Origin: Haplodiscus bocki | Taxonomy: Eukaryota | Reading direction: 5' to 3' | Assembly: GCA_965655095.1 (NCBI GenBank) | Contig: OZ296649.1 | Span: 108,810,001 to 108,874,000, forward strand | Length of the DNA stretch: 64,000 bases | Shown here: positions 27,901 through 39,900 of the stretch, in pieces | How positions within the stretch are numbered: position 1 is the stretch's first letter | Layout: the number at the start of each line of letters is the position of its first letter | Notes under the pieces: model-generated | Database searches by the model: none | The model's input: only the letters and a program-made list of their open reading frames with translations | Told to the model about the DNA's origin: nothing | Position numbers and translations under genes: made by a program

Positions 27901-30900
27901 TCACTCTGCAATCAATCACATTTACGAATTGCTGCAAATTTTCAATATACGTATCTGTTTTGTTTTCGTGCAGAAATTTGAAAATTATTGCCTTCAAAGA
28001 TCGATGTTTCGTTCCGCAAACGCCGATTTGGTTTCGCTATGTGTTGAGTACAGACCGATGTCATTTTCTCAGCAGAATTGAGAAAATTCACCGGCGAACT
28101 CTCGACCTTTATCCACCCAAATCTTTTCCGGTTTCAGCAGAGTATTTGACTTGGACGGACAAAACATCGGTTTCATCATCATCATTGTCTTCGAACTGAC
28201 TCTTTTTCAACGAAGTAATTCCATGATTTTCTGCAATGCATCTTTACATTCTGCAGTAGTCTTTTTTTTCTATGGTAACGCCCAAACAAAGCGGCTCAGT
28301 GTGTCTACCGCGACAAAAACGAAATTGATTCCATGGTTGTATCGAGACAATTTTTGCATATCTGCCAAATCGATGGACCAAATTTCATTTAATCGAAAAC
28401 TCAACCTTCAATCTAGGAAAGCGGTTTCTGGTTTGTTTAAATTTGGTGTGAGTCTCGCTGCGATTTAGATAACTGTCAACTTTTCGGTATCTGCAATTCG
28501 ACGTTTTCTTGAGAGCATTTCTACCGGCAAAAGCAGCCGGATTGTTGCAAGATGTATAAAATGTATGTATTCTGCTGTAGGCTAAGGCTCCCGCTGTGGG
28601 GTTGACAATTTTTCGTGTCACCGCACATTTTGACCCGAAAAAGTCTGCGGATTTTTTCTAGTCGTTGACGCATTTAAGACCACTGCAGGTGAAGTGTACC
28701 CAACCACAAATGTTGCACCATATCGAAGGTTTCTGACGTGAACCTTTGCCCAGCACCTTGGCGCACTTTCCACAGTGGTATTTTGGTTTGACTTTTGAGT
28801 TCCCACCACTTTTTCTGTGCCTCATTATTGTGTCCCCGAAACAATCAACTGTTTAAGGAAGAATGCCTTGTTGTAAATGAATTGCCAACAAGTATCTGAT
28901 TCGCTCAGTATAGTCGCAGCCACTTCGCTGTAGAACAACCTCCAATTTCCTCTTTGTCATTGCTGTCATACGCCGCCACTTCTGTTGCTACGCGCTTTGC
29001 ATGTGTGTTTGCGAGTTAAAAGTTTGGCAGTTTCAACTGTCTCACTAGATCTAGCGTTCCTTCGTTCAAGTTTTTTGTCGTTGTTTGTAAGTCATTCAAA
29101 AAGTCAAAAACCGTCAGACCGAGATCTCGGTCATGAAGCATCAGTCGACCGGAGTTACCATCGATCGATACGACACTGCATTGATCAACCTTCTGAAGGA
29201 TTTGCCTTGCCCGCTCAACTTTGCCTCCAATAAGTCCCGAGGACAATAAATCGAGGACTATTTTGTCAGTCTTCGCTGTTGTTTTGGTTCTGTCGGCTAG
29301 CGTGTCATCGGGAGTTGCGTCTTTCCAACTTTGCGCCTGTGTAAGTCTGGAATTCAAGTTTAATTGGGTGCAAAGTTTTTTGTCGTCGTTCTCGGAATTA
29401 CTCTTGTCTTGCGTATCAATTTGAGAGTTCTTGATGTCTTCTGATTTGGTGCTTTGTACCAGTGTGTCCTTTGATTCCGAACCCAGTTTTTTTTCGTGGT
29501 TGAATGAATTTCTGGAGGAAAGGAGGGACGTGTGTTCGTCCAACGTTATCTGCACAAGTTCTTTCATGCTACTGTTTGATGTCGAGTCGTTTCCTCAAAT
29601 CATTGAGAACAGATGGCTCGATGAGTTTCAGAAGCTTGGTACCATTCTTGGTAGCTAGAAGTTGACGCTTTCTCCTAATCCTACATTTGTTTTTACAAAG
29701 GGTTTCAATATTGGACTGATGCCTCTTCAGTTTTTTAACCGATACGTTCGCAGTCATTCTAATTCCACCATGTAGAACATTAAACATACAGTTGCAGAAA
29801 AACTTAATCAGCTCAGTGGGACAGTCTAAAAGAAAAGACTGTTTCAAAATTGGTTTAATTTTACTGAAAATTGGTTTAATTTTACTGAAAAGCTCGAGAG
29901 TATAAAAGTCGCGTTGACTCATCATTCAATATCTCTTTTGTTTGAGTTGTAGAGATATAAAAAACACTAGGCTGGGAGCCGCTACAGTTTGAACAGTAGT
30001 TCAATTTTTGATGTTTGTGGATCCAAATCTATCAATTAATGACCAAAATGTTTCCGCGTAGCTCTTTTATAGGCCCCTAAAAGGAGTTTTCTGTCTCCCA
30101 GTTGTCTACCCAACACTCCAATTTGTTCGACATCTCAGTGGACTTTTGAAAAGAATCATCTGCGTTACGTTGAGATCAGTCGTTTTCGAGTTTTTGGCGG
30201 GTCGGTAAATGTTGTCTCAAAGTCATCAGATGTATATTTCGATGCCTTCCAGCAACAACCAAATTGAGAAACATTCCATCTTCACAAGCGTCTTGATACA
30301 GGTCGTCAATAACTACTAGTGTTCTTAGCTTCTCGGCCTCGCTCCTGTCCACTGCTGCCCATTGAAGTCCTTGATGAAACTCAATTGGTAGTTTTTCCTG
30401 CGTGCATCCCAACAAAAGCGATTCGTAATCAGATTGGAAATGCTTATAAAAGTACAGAATTTTCTCAAAGCAAGGTCAATATGATCTTTTGATTGAGAAT
30501 TATTTGAGAAACCAGTTTAGTTTTTCCGCATCCACCAGGACCAATGATTGATATGAAGGAATGTGGATGGGTATTATTTTTTTTGTTCATGCTTTTGGAC
30601 CAGGAATGATGTATCAAATGCAAGTCGATAGTAATGCATCCGGAATGATGCTTAGTTTGAGAACTGAAAGTCAAGAAAACAATACTGAATGAAACCACGA
30701 GAAAAATGATTGAATAGTTCAATGTCGAAATGAAAAACGCTGTTGCATGTAATCGCTTTGAGGCAGCATAAATTATCTTCGAAAGGGGACCTTTCTCTCT
30801 TTTGGTGGTCAAAAATAACGTTTTCAATGTTGATCGAGTCGCGGAAATCGTCAGTGCTAACGCGCGCTGTCATACTTGTTGATCAAGGCTAGACTGATAA

Positions 30901-33900
30901 CCCGCCAAATATAATAAATCACTGAGACTTTGCTGAAGCCGTTGAAGTTCAGTCAGATCCAAATTGATTCGATTTAGGTTGTATCGATTTTTCGAAGTGG
31001 AAAGTGTTGCCTGCTCTAAACAGATCAAAGATGTTTTGGAATTCACTCGACCAGTGAGGTTTGTTGTATTAGAAATGGGAATGGAAATGGATGTCTCGAC
31101 GTAAGAACGCACGACTGACATCTGTGGAACTGTAGTAAAAATGATTAAACCGAAAACTCTTGGTAAATCGAGTTCTTGTCGAGTTTCAGTACAATCCAAT
31201 AGGTGAGGCCAGTGATATGTCCGAGAAGCATACTGTTTGCGAAAAATGGTTTCTCAGATAGTGCGTAAAGGTAACCGGGATCAACATTGTAAGTACTTCT
31301 CATGAACCCAAACGCATCATGGAAAATTGCATGAAGCCGAAATATTTTAAGGCATTTGAAAAAGTGATGCAATTTGTTTTCACCGGGGCCTATGAGACCT
31401 CCGAACTTGTCGAACTGATTGACGAACTGCAAATTGATCTCGTTGTTTATACTGTAACAAACCGCTAAAAATGCCTTATTGCGTTGAGTGTTTTTCGGAA
31501 ACAGATACGTTATCATTTTTAGGGTATCATTTAATTCTCGCGGAGTTACAATACTGTGCATGATGATCTAGTTTAGGTAAAAAAAACTGTTTTGAATGAA
31601 ATTTCAATTGAAAATGGTTTAGGGAAATTGAATATTTTCATCAAAAGGGAATAAGTTTGAATGGTAGTTCAAATCGTCTCTATCAAGTAGTGGAATACTA
31701 GAGTTTTGCGCTTCAAAACATTCAAGGCTTTAGCACTGAGCACTGTAACAACCTAAGTTCACTTTCAACATGTTGTTATGATGTCAAGCCTCCATTGTCC
31801 CAAAACCACGCATTAGAATGTCGATAAAATCTGCAAGCGAATCTTTGAAAACTGCGTCAGATTTTTGTAGTTCTTGTAGCTTCTTACACAGGTGAGCAAC
31901 TTTTTCTGCGTCGTCTATCCCACCGAATGGTGAATAGCATTCTCGTTGATACTCCCCGATTACTTTAAATTGACAACCCAAATCGATCGTTGCCTGAGAT
32001 GTCAAAATCTTCCTCAGCCTCTCACCATAAATTCGAAGTGTTTGATGATATCGTCATTTCCACCTTCAAACAGTTTTCAGGATACGTGACTTTGAACAGT
32101 ATGGCCTTACAATCCTTTAGTCCACTTTTATTCCCTAGGGTTATTGCTAGTGTGTTTTTAAAATACTTTTCGGCTCCAACAAAACTCTTGATGTAGAACA
32201 GCAAATGAAAATGCGGTTGCGCTATCTCTGAGCATATATCTTCACAGCCATGTGCATGACGTCTTATAGTGTATTCAAAGTTTGTTGAAGCTGAGAGCGT
32301 TTTTGAGGAACTCAGTCAGCGTTTTTGGTAATTCGATTCCATTCGTTTCAGCTTATGTTTTTGCTATCTTTGAAGGTGGTGGAATTGGGTCTCCTTCAAA
32401 ATCCTCTTTGCAATAAAATATCAGATAATAAAAGTTGCTGGGAACTTCACGGAAGATACTTGTTAGGGCGGAGGAGTTGGACTAAATGACTACTCACCGC
32501 TACCTAAATTATCAGCTAAAACTTTTACTCTGTTACGCAATCTTTCCTTTCCTGGTTTGTGGAATATTCTTTTGAAGTGTAGTCACCTCAAGTGAACCTT
32601 CGAACATTCACAAAACCTTCTTTAATATTTACCGATTTCAATAATATTTGTAAAGAAAGTTTCCTCTTCTTTGGAGCAGGAACTGTTTCCTAGGAAAATT
32701 CCAATCAGCTTCCTATGAACACAGTACTGATGTTTTCCTTTTCATGTCTTTGATAGTTGGCTTTTCCGTTGACGCCTCAAATTCCACATATATGTAATAC
32801 TCTCTTTATTTAACTTCTGCACATTTGCGTCTTCAATTCCTTCTATTACAACCTACTGTTGCATAAAAGTTGGTATATTTTTATGTTTCAACTACGAAAT
32901 TTGGGATGAAATCAAGTTTCTTATTTGCACAGTGTTTCGATTCAAAAGGGTAGTGAAGCGCAGGTGGTTACGAAGAGCCTCGATCCTAGAAACTGTGTGC
33001 TCTTGCTGCAGGCTTAAGCACTTGTGCCACACTGCCTGTTCAGACGGATGTATCCTTTTGGTTTTCTTGAAAAATCGCGAATTTAGGTCAAATTTCATGA
33101 CTTTTTGCCACAGTATATATATGGCTAACTGTTAGAATAGAAGTTTGCTCATACGAATTTCATATTTGTTCAGTCAACAAGGAAACTAGAGTGCGATACT
33201 GAACTTTGACCGTGAAATTGTTCCACAGATATCGAATAGGAACATCGACTTGCTATACTACTGTAAGGAGCACGAAAGTGTTCGGTAACCCCCCGCCCAA
33301 CCTATCCTACTAACGTTGCTGAGACTTTGATGTAAAAGTTGAAAACAATAGTTATTAAGAAACATGCCATTTCAATATCCAGATAATTCAACGTTAGTAG
33401 CGTTTTTGGTACCTCTGGACTAACAGGATTCTTGTTCCAGGAACTAAACCTATGACTTTCCAATGAAATACTCATCCAGAAAATGCTGCTGATTGAAACT
33501 TTTTTGAAACAACTCAAGCCAGTAGGTATTGAAAAATAGCAATCTGAAGATCGAGATAAGTCAATGTTTTTAGCAAAGGAGCAGTTTCTTTGCTATTTCG
33601 AAGGTTTCCAACGGAAGGAGCAAGATCGATTTTTCGATTTATTAGTCCCCCAATAGTCGAAAGCTGCTGATTGATACCTTCATGAAAGAAAGCAAGCCAC
33701 TGGTGATGGAAAAATAAGACTTTCAATACGGAGTTTTGTCAATATTAATATCAGTTTTTGGCATTTTCAGACTTCCCAATTTGAGTACTTAGTCGATGTT
33801 TTCTAAATTCCAGTGGTGCTCCTCAAGTGAAAAGTTGTTGATCGAGATCTTCACTGAAGAATTGAGCCCTGTTGTGGTGGAGGAAAGTGAGTTTCGATGT

Positions 33901-36900
33901 GGAAGAAAATTAAGGCTAATTGTCCTTTTTGGCACTTCTGTTCGCAATGTAGGGATCACTGACCGAGATGTTCCAACAAAAACAGTTTCAAAGTCAATTT
34001 GTTTTTGATAATGCAGAGAAACCAGGATTAGGAAGAAAAACTGATACGTAGAAGCAGAAATAAGTTCCATTATTCATGTTACTTTTTAATTTCTTTCCAA
34101 AAAATAATTATACTTTTTTCGGCTTTTTAGGAAAATCAAAAGTTTATCCGAAATTATACAAAAAGTATTGAGAATGAGCGATGTTTCCAGATATGTATAA
34201 AAATAGACAATTTTTTAAAAAGTAATAAGATCCAACGTATCAAAAAATCCTCAATTTCATTTTTTTAAAAAAACCTGTTTTCTGCTATTAAAGAGTGCAA
34301 TTGTAAACAAGTATCTGGAAACCTTTATAAAAATTAACCGGTGGAGGGATTCGAACCACCTACCTGATGGCCACCTAGCCCGGTGACCTCGCGTCTTTGT
34401 ATTGTTCAAGTCATTAACTTATGCAAAAGAAAAAAACTCCGTGGAATATGTTCCTTTCGAAATTTTTTTTGACGGAAAATAAATTAATAACAATCATCAG
34501 CAATAAAAACAATTCCATTTTCAAACTAAAATGTTTTCCAAACTGAAATTGTGCTGGCTAGCAGTGTTGTTTTACTCTAAGAATGGATGTTTTTTTTTAA
34601 TTCTATTACTCAGATGAACCCAGTTCACCAGAATTTGGTATTTGGAAGTATTATAAAGCTCTTTGTTATTAGATTTGAGATGGAACAACGTGGGCGTGAT
34701 TGGCGCCCGGAGTCTTTTGAGTGTTCTGCCCTTCAATAACACTTTAATGGAGCTGGAGCTCTGTGGAAACAACATTCCTGACGACCTCATGAAAGCTATT
34801 GGTATGATTGCTTGATTTCCGACTTCTTTTATTGAAAACACTAGAAATGCTCTTCATATCAACGTCCATCGTGCTAATAATGCAAGTGCTTTTGTCTTAG
34901 AAAATGGAATGAAGCGGAACGCAGATAGCAAAACTTTAAAGGAAGATTATGAATCAAAAGCTCAAGTTTTGACAAAAGAAGTGCGACATTTGCAAGCTGA
35001 GAAAGACTGCCAGGTAAGCAGATTTGTCACTTGCAGGTGTTCCTGATTCGAAAGTAAACACTGGGCTGTCCTTCATATAAACTCTTGTAATTTTAGCTGA
35101 ACTATTGGGATCAATGATTCGCTTTTCCAGGGAAACTTTCTTGTTACTTGAAAGCGCCTAATATTAAGGTACTATAAAAATAGCATTTTCCGCATAATCA
35201 TTTTACCTCATTCATAGTAAAAGTTGATACCAGCGGAACACTATGGCACAATATGATCGATAATAGTTTATGAACTAATATAAGATTACATAATTTGTGA
35301 ATCTTAAACTAGTTTTAGTTCATCATAGTTTATCTGATCATTTTTGTGGATAGCTCAAGTTATTGAAACTTTATTTCCATTTTTTATTCAGATGAAGGAA
35401 CTTGTAGGGCAGGTAGAAAAAACTGAATCACGGTACAAAAAAGAGTGTGCTGATTATGCCCACAAGATAGGCCGATTGCAAGAGACCATAGTGCAGCGGA
35501 AGACACAATTGGCTCAATCTGTGGCTAAGCTGAGATTGGTGGAAGCAGAGTTGTCGATATCCAATCAGAAAATAGACGAGTATCAGCAGTTGGTTGAACG
35601 CATACAGGCTGAGTCTAAAGATCACGCCAATAGACTTGAGGAAGAAATGAGACTTGAGCGTGCGGATCGATCTGAATATGAGCAAAAATTAGTCCGCGAA
35701 TTGGCTCAAAGTCGAGCGGAGATGACAGCTTTCGATATCAAGGTTACTTTATTTCACGTTTTCTATAATGCGCAAATTAGCTTCCTACTCTGGAATATTT
35801 TCGAAAAATCCGGTCATGTTGTTACGTTTTGTGTGAAGAAACTTGTTCAATTGCTCAGGTTTGTGCTTAGATATCGGATCTGGGGAGAAAGAATGACACA
35901 TTGGAACTTCAGCTGCGGGAATCTCAAGAGCTGCAAGCAAAGCTTCAAACTGAAATCAAAATTAAAACGGTGCAGCTTGATGGTTCGTAAACATATGCTT
36001 GTTCGCTTTATTGACCATTACTAAAACATTAATTTTGTTGAATTCAGCTCAAATATGGTCTAACTTACGACCAGTGGCTGGCCTTGTTTAAATACGTATA
36101 ACAGGCCTGACTTTGGGTCACCTTGAGACCGAAATTGGTATCATTTTTTCCAAAATTCAATTTTCCAAAAATAATTGGAAATCAAGATCGGGCATGATGT
36201 TTTAGAGCAACTGTCGATTGAAAAGCAGAAATGCAGGGAATCTGTTCGAAACATTGAGGACTCAACTGAGAAGGAAATCTTTAAACTGCGTCACGAGAAC
36301 GAAGAAAATGTCCGCAAAATGCAAGAGAAGTAAACAAACATATTGAATAATTGATTCTCTCTTTAGCTGATGAAAATCATTTGCCAAAATGATACAATGG
36401 CATCTCTTTTGAATCGACGCGGCTCATTCTTATATTCAAGAATCACTGGATCGAACGCTTTTGTTCTGTGACAACGTTAGTTTGGGAAGACTGAATAACC
36501 GAGCATTTTCAGCCGATATACGGAATTTAAAATCTAAGTGCATACTTATCTCTGTTTTATATAATTAAGTAACAGGCCGAGAACGGCGTAAGTCGGAGCT
36601 GCTGGTAAGGACCAAAATATCTCTCTATAATGGTCGTTTTGGTGTTGCTGCCCTGCAATATTAGTCCCGAAATTGATTTGTGCCTGAAAATTTTGATGCA
36701 TGAACACTTCGTAGTTTTTTTACACTGTGGAAAAAAAGCCACTAAAGTTGATCATGCCACTGTAAAAACGCTGCTCAACAACCTGCAATTCTCTGAATAA
36801 AATTGCAAACGTATATTCGAGCAGTCTTTCGATGAAGTGAACAAGACGCCCGGCTAAATCCGGGATCTTTTTCGCCTTCTAAATTCGGGAAGAAGCGTTC

Positions 36901-39900
36901 GAAACTAGTAATTTTAACGAAAAAATTTTTGTGCAATGTGCAAAATTACATCAAAACTTTTCGATTTTTTTGTGGCAAAAACCGAAGTTCTGGCAAGTAA
37001 AAGTTTTTTTGAAAGAATACTGTATTAGACAAGTTCTGCTGCGACTATGGAAAAGAATCACGAAATAAAATTTTTCGGCTTCATCGTGCGATTGGCAAAA
37101 TTCTTGTTAATAAAACCTGAATGTTGAGCTAATGATATTCCTTTCATACATGAGATATGAACGGAAAGTAAAAAATAATAAATATGGGCATAACGAGCTT
37201 AGAACCTGGGCTTCGAGTACAGGCGCCTCATAAATCAAGAGCGTTCCAAACGCTTCGCAGAAAGGCGCGTTCCTCCAGCGGTTGAATTGTAGCTGAAAGA
37301 AGTTATACAATGAAAGTTGTCATCTGGGAATCAAATTTTGTAGCCGTTCTCTCCTGAACAGCAACCCAATGGACGGATAAGCAGAAAACGCAACTTGATA
37401 CGTTTTAAAATTAGAAAAAAAACAATCAAAGTCTGACGGGACGATGATACTTGAAAAGCATCGGCTTTAGCTAGAAAACATTCAGAGAAAACAAACCTGC
37501 ATCAAACTTTTAGCCGTCGGGAAATGTTTCGCAACTTCCCATAATCCCTTGGAAGCTGTAGGAAGTCATTTGAGCTCGTTCAAGAAGTTTACAGGGCATT
37601 GAGGCAGCGCTCGCATGTACTAGATGTGCAAAATTACCATTAAGTAGTAAAGTTTCCGACTTTTTACGTTGACGGCAAAATAATTTCGGCAAATTTTTCA
37701 GGCAAAAATGTCGCCAAGTGTCTTCTCGAGTTGATTCAACTAAAATTAATCCGCTAGTTGTCATCGCCGGTGAAATATTGCATCTTGCTAAAATTTTGTC
37801 AAGATGTCAAAGTCTGTGATCAATAAAATGAAAAAGCATTGGCGCAAAGTGCTTTTCGCTAGGCTCGCAGAGAGCAGAAGACGTGTCGAAGGTCAACGCA
37901 GCACCTGTTGAAACCTCTACTGCAAGCGTAGATGAGTCGTCGCTACAATCTATCGCCCCAGAATCAAATGAGCACCTGGCGAAAAACTAGATCTTCCTGG
38001 CATTTCTTGCACATTCATCTGCCGAAGAAAAAAAATGCTTTTTCTCTCAAATGCACTGCCTAGCAATGCTTGTCCATCTGCTTCACCTTAGAATGCCACA
38101 ATGAGCTACAGAAAACCAAAGAAGGATCTAGCGAAAAGATGAACATTCACACGAAAAAAGCTTTCAATAATTTTTTTGCTAATCTTTGCAAAGTTATGTT
38201 TACACCCCCAAAAAATTAATCCAAGCGCCACGATGTCTCTGGACAACTTTTTCAATAGGGAATTGGTGTTGCAGTGTCTAATCATTTGAAAACGTTCCAA
38301 GTTGCTCAAAATCTCCAAATAGTAAGATTGAAAAACGACTCACGATCTTTTGCAACAGAAAATTATCAAAGAAAGCTCGTAAATTTTACTTGATCTGCCA
38401 TATTCTCTACTGGTTTCACGAGGTTCAAAAAAGGTATGAGAAAAAACCAATCAAGCTATTGTCAGGCCTCCGCGGTGGTTAGAAATTGAAATCCCAAAGT
38501 TTTTGCTGAAAGAAAACAGCGAAAAATCTGACGGGCCATAAGGTATACTTGAACTCTAATAGTTTATCAACGAGTGATTCAAATCAACTAACGTACTCGC
38601 ACGCCTTGCAGGCTCTGGAAATGTCGGGAAACATGAATATTTGACTCCTTCCAAATCTTCCGTTAGAACTCCTCCGAGAAATTTTTCCGACGTAGGGCAT
38701 CGAGAAGGGTTGAATTTGTATCAAGTCGACCAATCTAGGAACCCTTCGTATGCGTATGGTACTGCTGCTGGTCAAGTTTGTCAATTTTCCCTAATTTTTT
38801 TTGGCGTTTCCAGCCTTTTTCCGCTAAGAACTCCTCAGCGAGAAATTTTCGGACGCCGAATGTTTGGGACATGGTCATTTGCGGCCTGGCCGTAGAGGTA
38901 TTCAAAAAACTGGAACGCTACAACCAATACGCTCTGAGATATAACGCTTCAAAGACGATTAACGCAACGGGCATATCACAAATTGTCATTAGAAGTGAAC
39001 AAATTTTCAGTAGAAGTGAGAATTTTCAACTGGCAAAATGTGTCTGAATAAACAGAAAAAAAAACGACACTAGCCATTGGGTAATTTTCGTTTTTATATA
39101 AAATATGGAGGCGAAAATTAGTAATGATAAGGTCTATCGTCTTATCTAACGCTGAGTGACTTCTTTCGTAGGTTAATGAAAATTGAACAAGCGAAAATGT
39201 TAGTTGAAGAGGAGCTGAGTCGGGCCAAGTCGCAGGCGATGCAAGATCGGGTTGCGTTCGAAGATGAATTAACGGAAGCGCGACAGAGAGTTCGTTTGGA
39301 GGAAGAACAGAAGTCGAGACATGTTGAAGACAAACTGAAATTAGCGAATAAGTCGAAAGAAGATTTGCAACAATATGCCAACCAGCAAACGAACTTAGTC
39401 AACCAATTACAATCTAATGTTAGCAGTTTGACCATTGAGAATGAGGCCCTCAAGCGTCGACAAGAGGAGTTGACACAAGAGATTGCTGCAAAGGCGGCTG
39501 AAATCAGCGTGGCTGTGATGAAGACTAAGACGGAGTATGCGAATCAAATAATTCGGCTGGAATCAGAGAATTCCTCCTACCAAGAATTGAAGGAGCAGAA
39601 CCTGCAGCTAGATAAGAGGTTGCAAGGTGGGTGATTATTTTTATTTTCCGCCCGGTATTTCATGATTGGAAGAAAAATCATTCAATCGACATTCAGATTT
39701 TAATTTCACCAATTTTTCCAAATTTCCAATTGAGTGCGTGTAGCATAGTGGTCTTTCCCAAAGAATAGTTTCTGTTGCCAGAATTTACTTTTGCGAAAAA
39801 AGTAAAAACCGATTTTCGATGCAATTACAGCCTTTGAACATTTCTTCCGCCAACTGGAAGGCGGAAAATAGCCTTGAGTTTGCCGAGCGTCTTCTTTTTT

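Larger units (their letters stand above)
17207..33311. mobile_element. Old, decayed Polinton/Maverick (adintovirus-like) element, 16.1 kb, inside LRRC45 intron 3
   Basis: Starts AGTAGTATAGG and ends CCTATCCTACT. Flanked by a 6-bp TSD AATGTT (17201-17206) / AACGTT (33312-33317). Contains pseudogenes of pPolB, protease, MCP, penton, integrase and ATPase. Confidence 0.93.

Noticed and set aside
32932-33135. Cys-rich ORF in the old Polinton as a possible EGF counterpart
   Set aside because: The cysteine spacing does not fit EGF and there is no signal helix. No EGF homologue was found in the old element.
35743-36024. 3' part of the 226-aa ORF 35344-36024
   Set aside because: Read-through into an intron and an out-of-frame exon; the true LRRC45 exons are 35392-35742 and 35871-35982.
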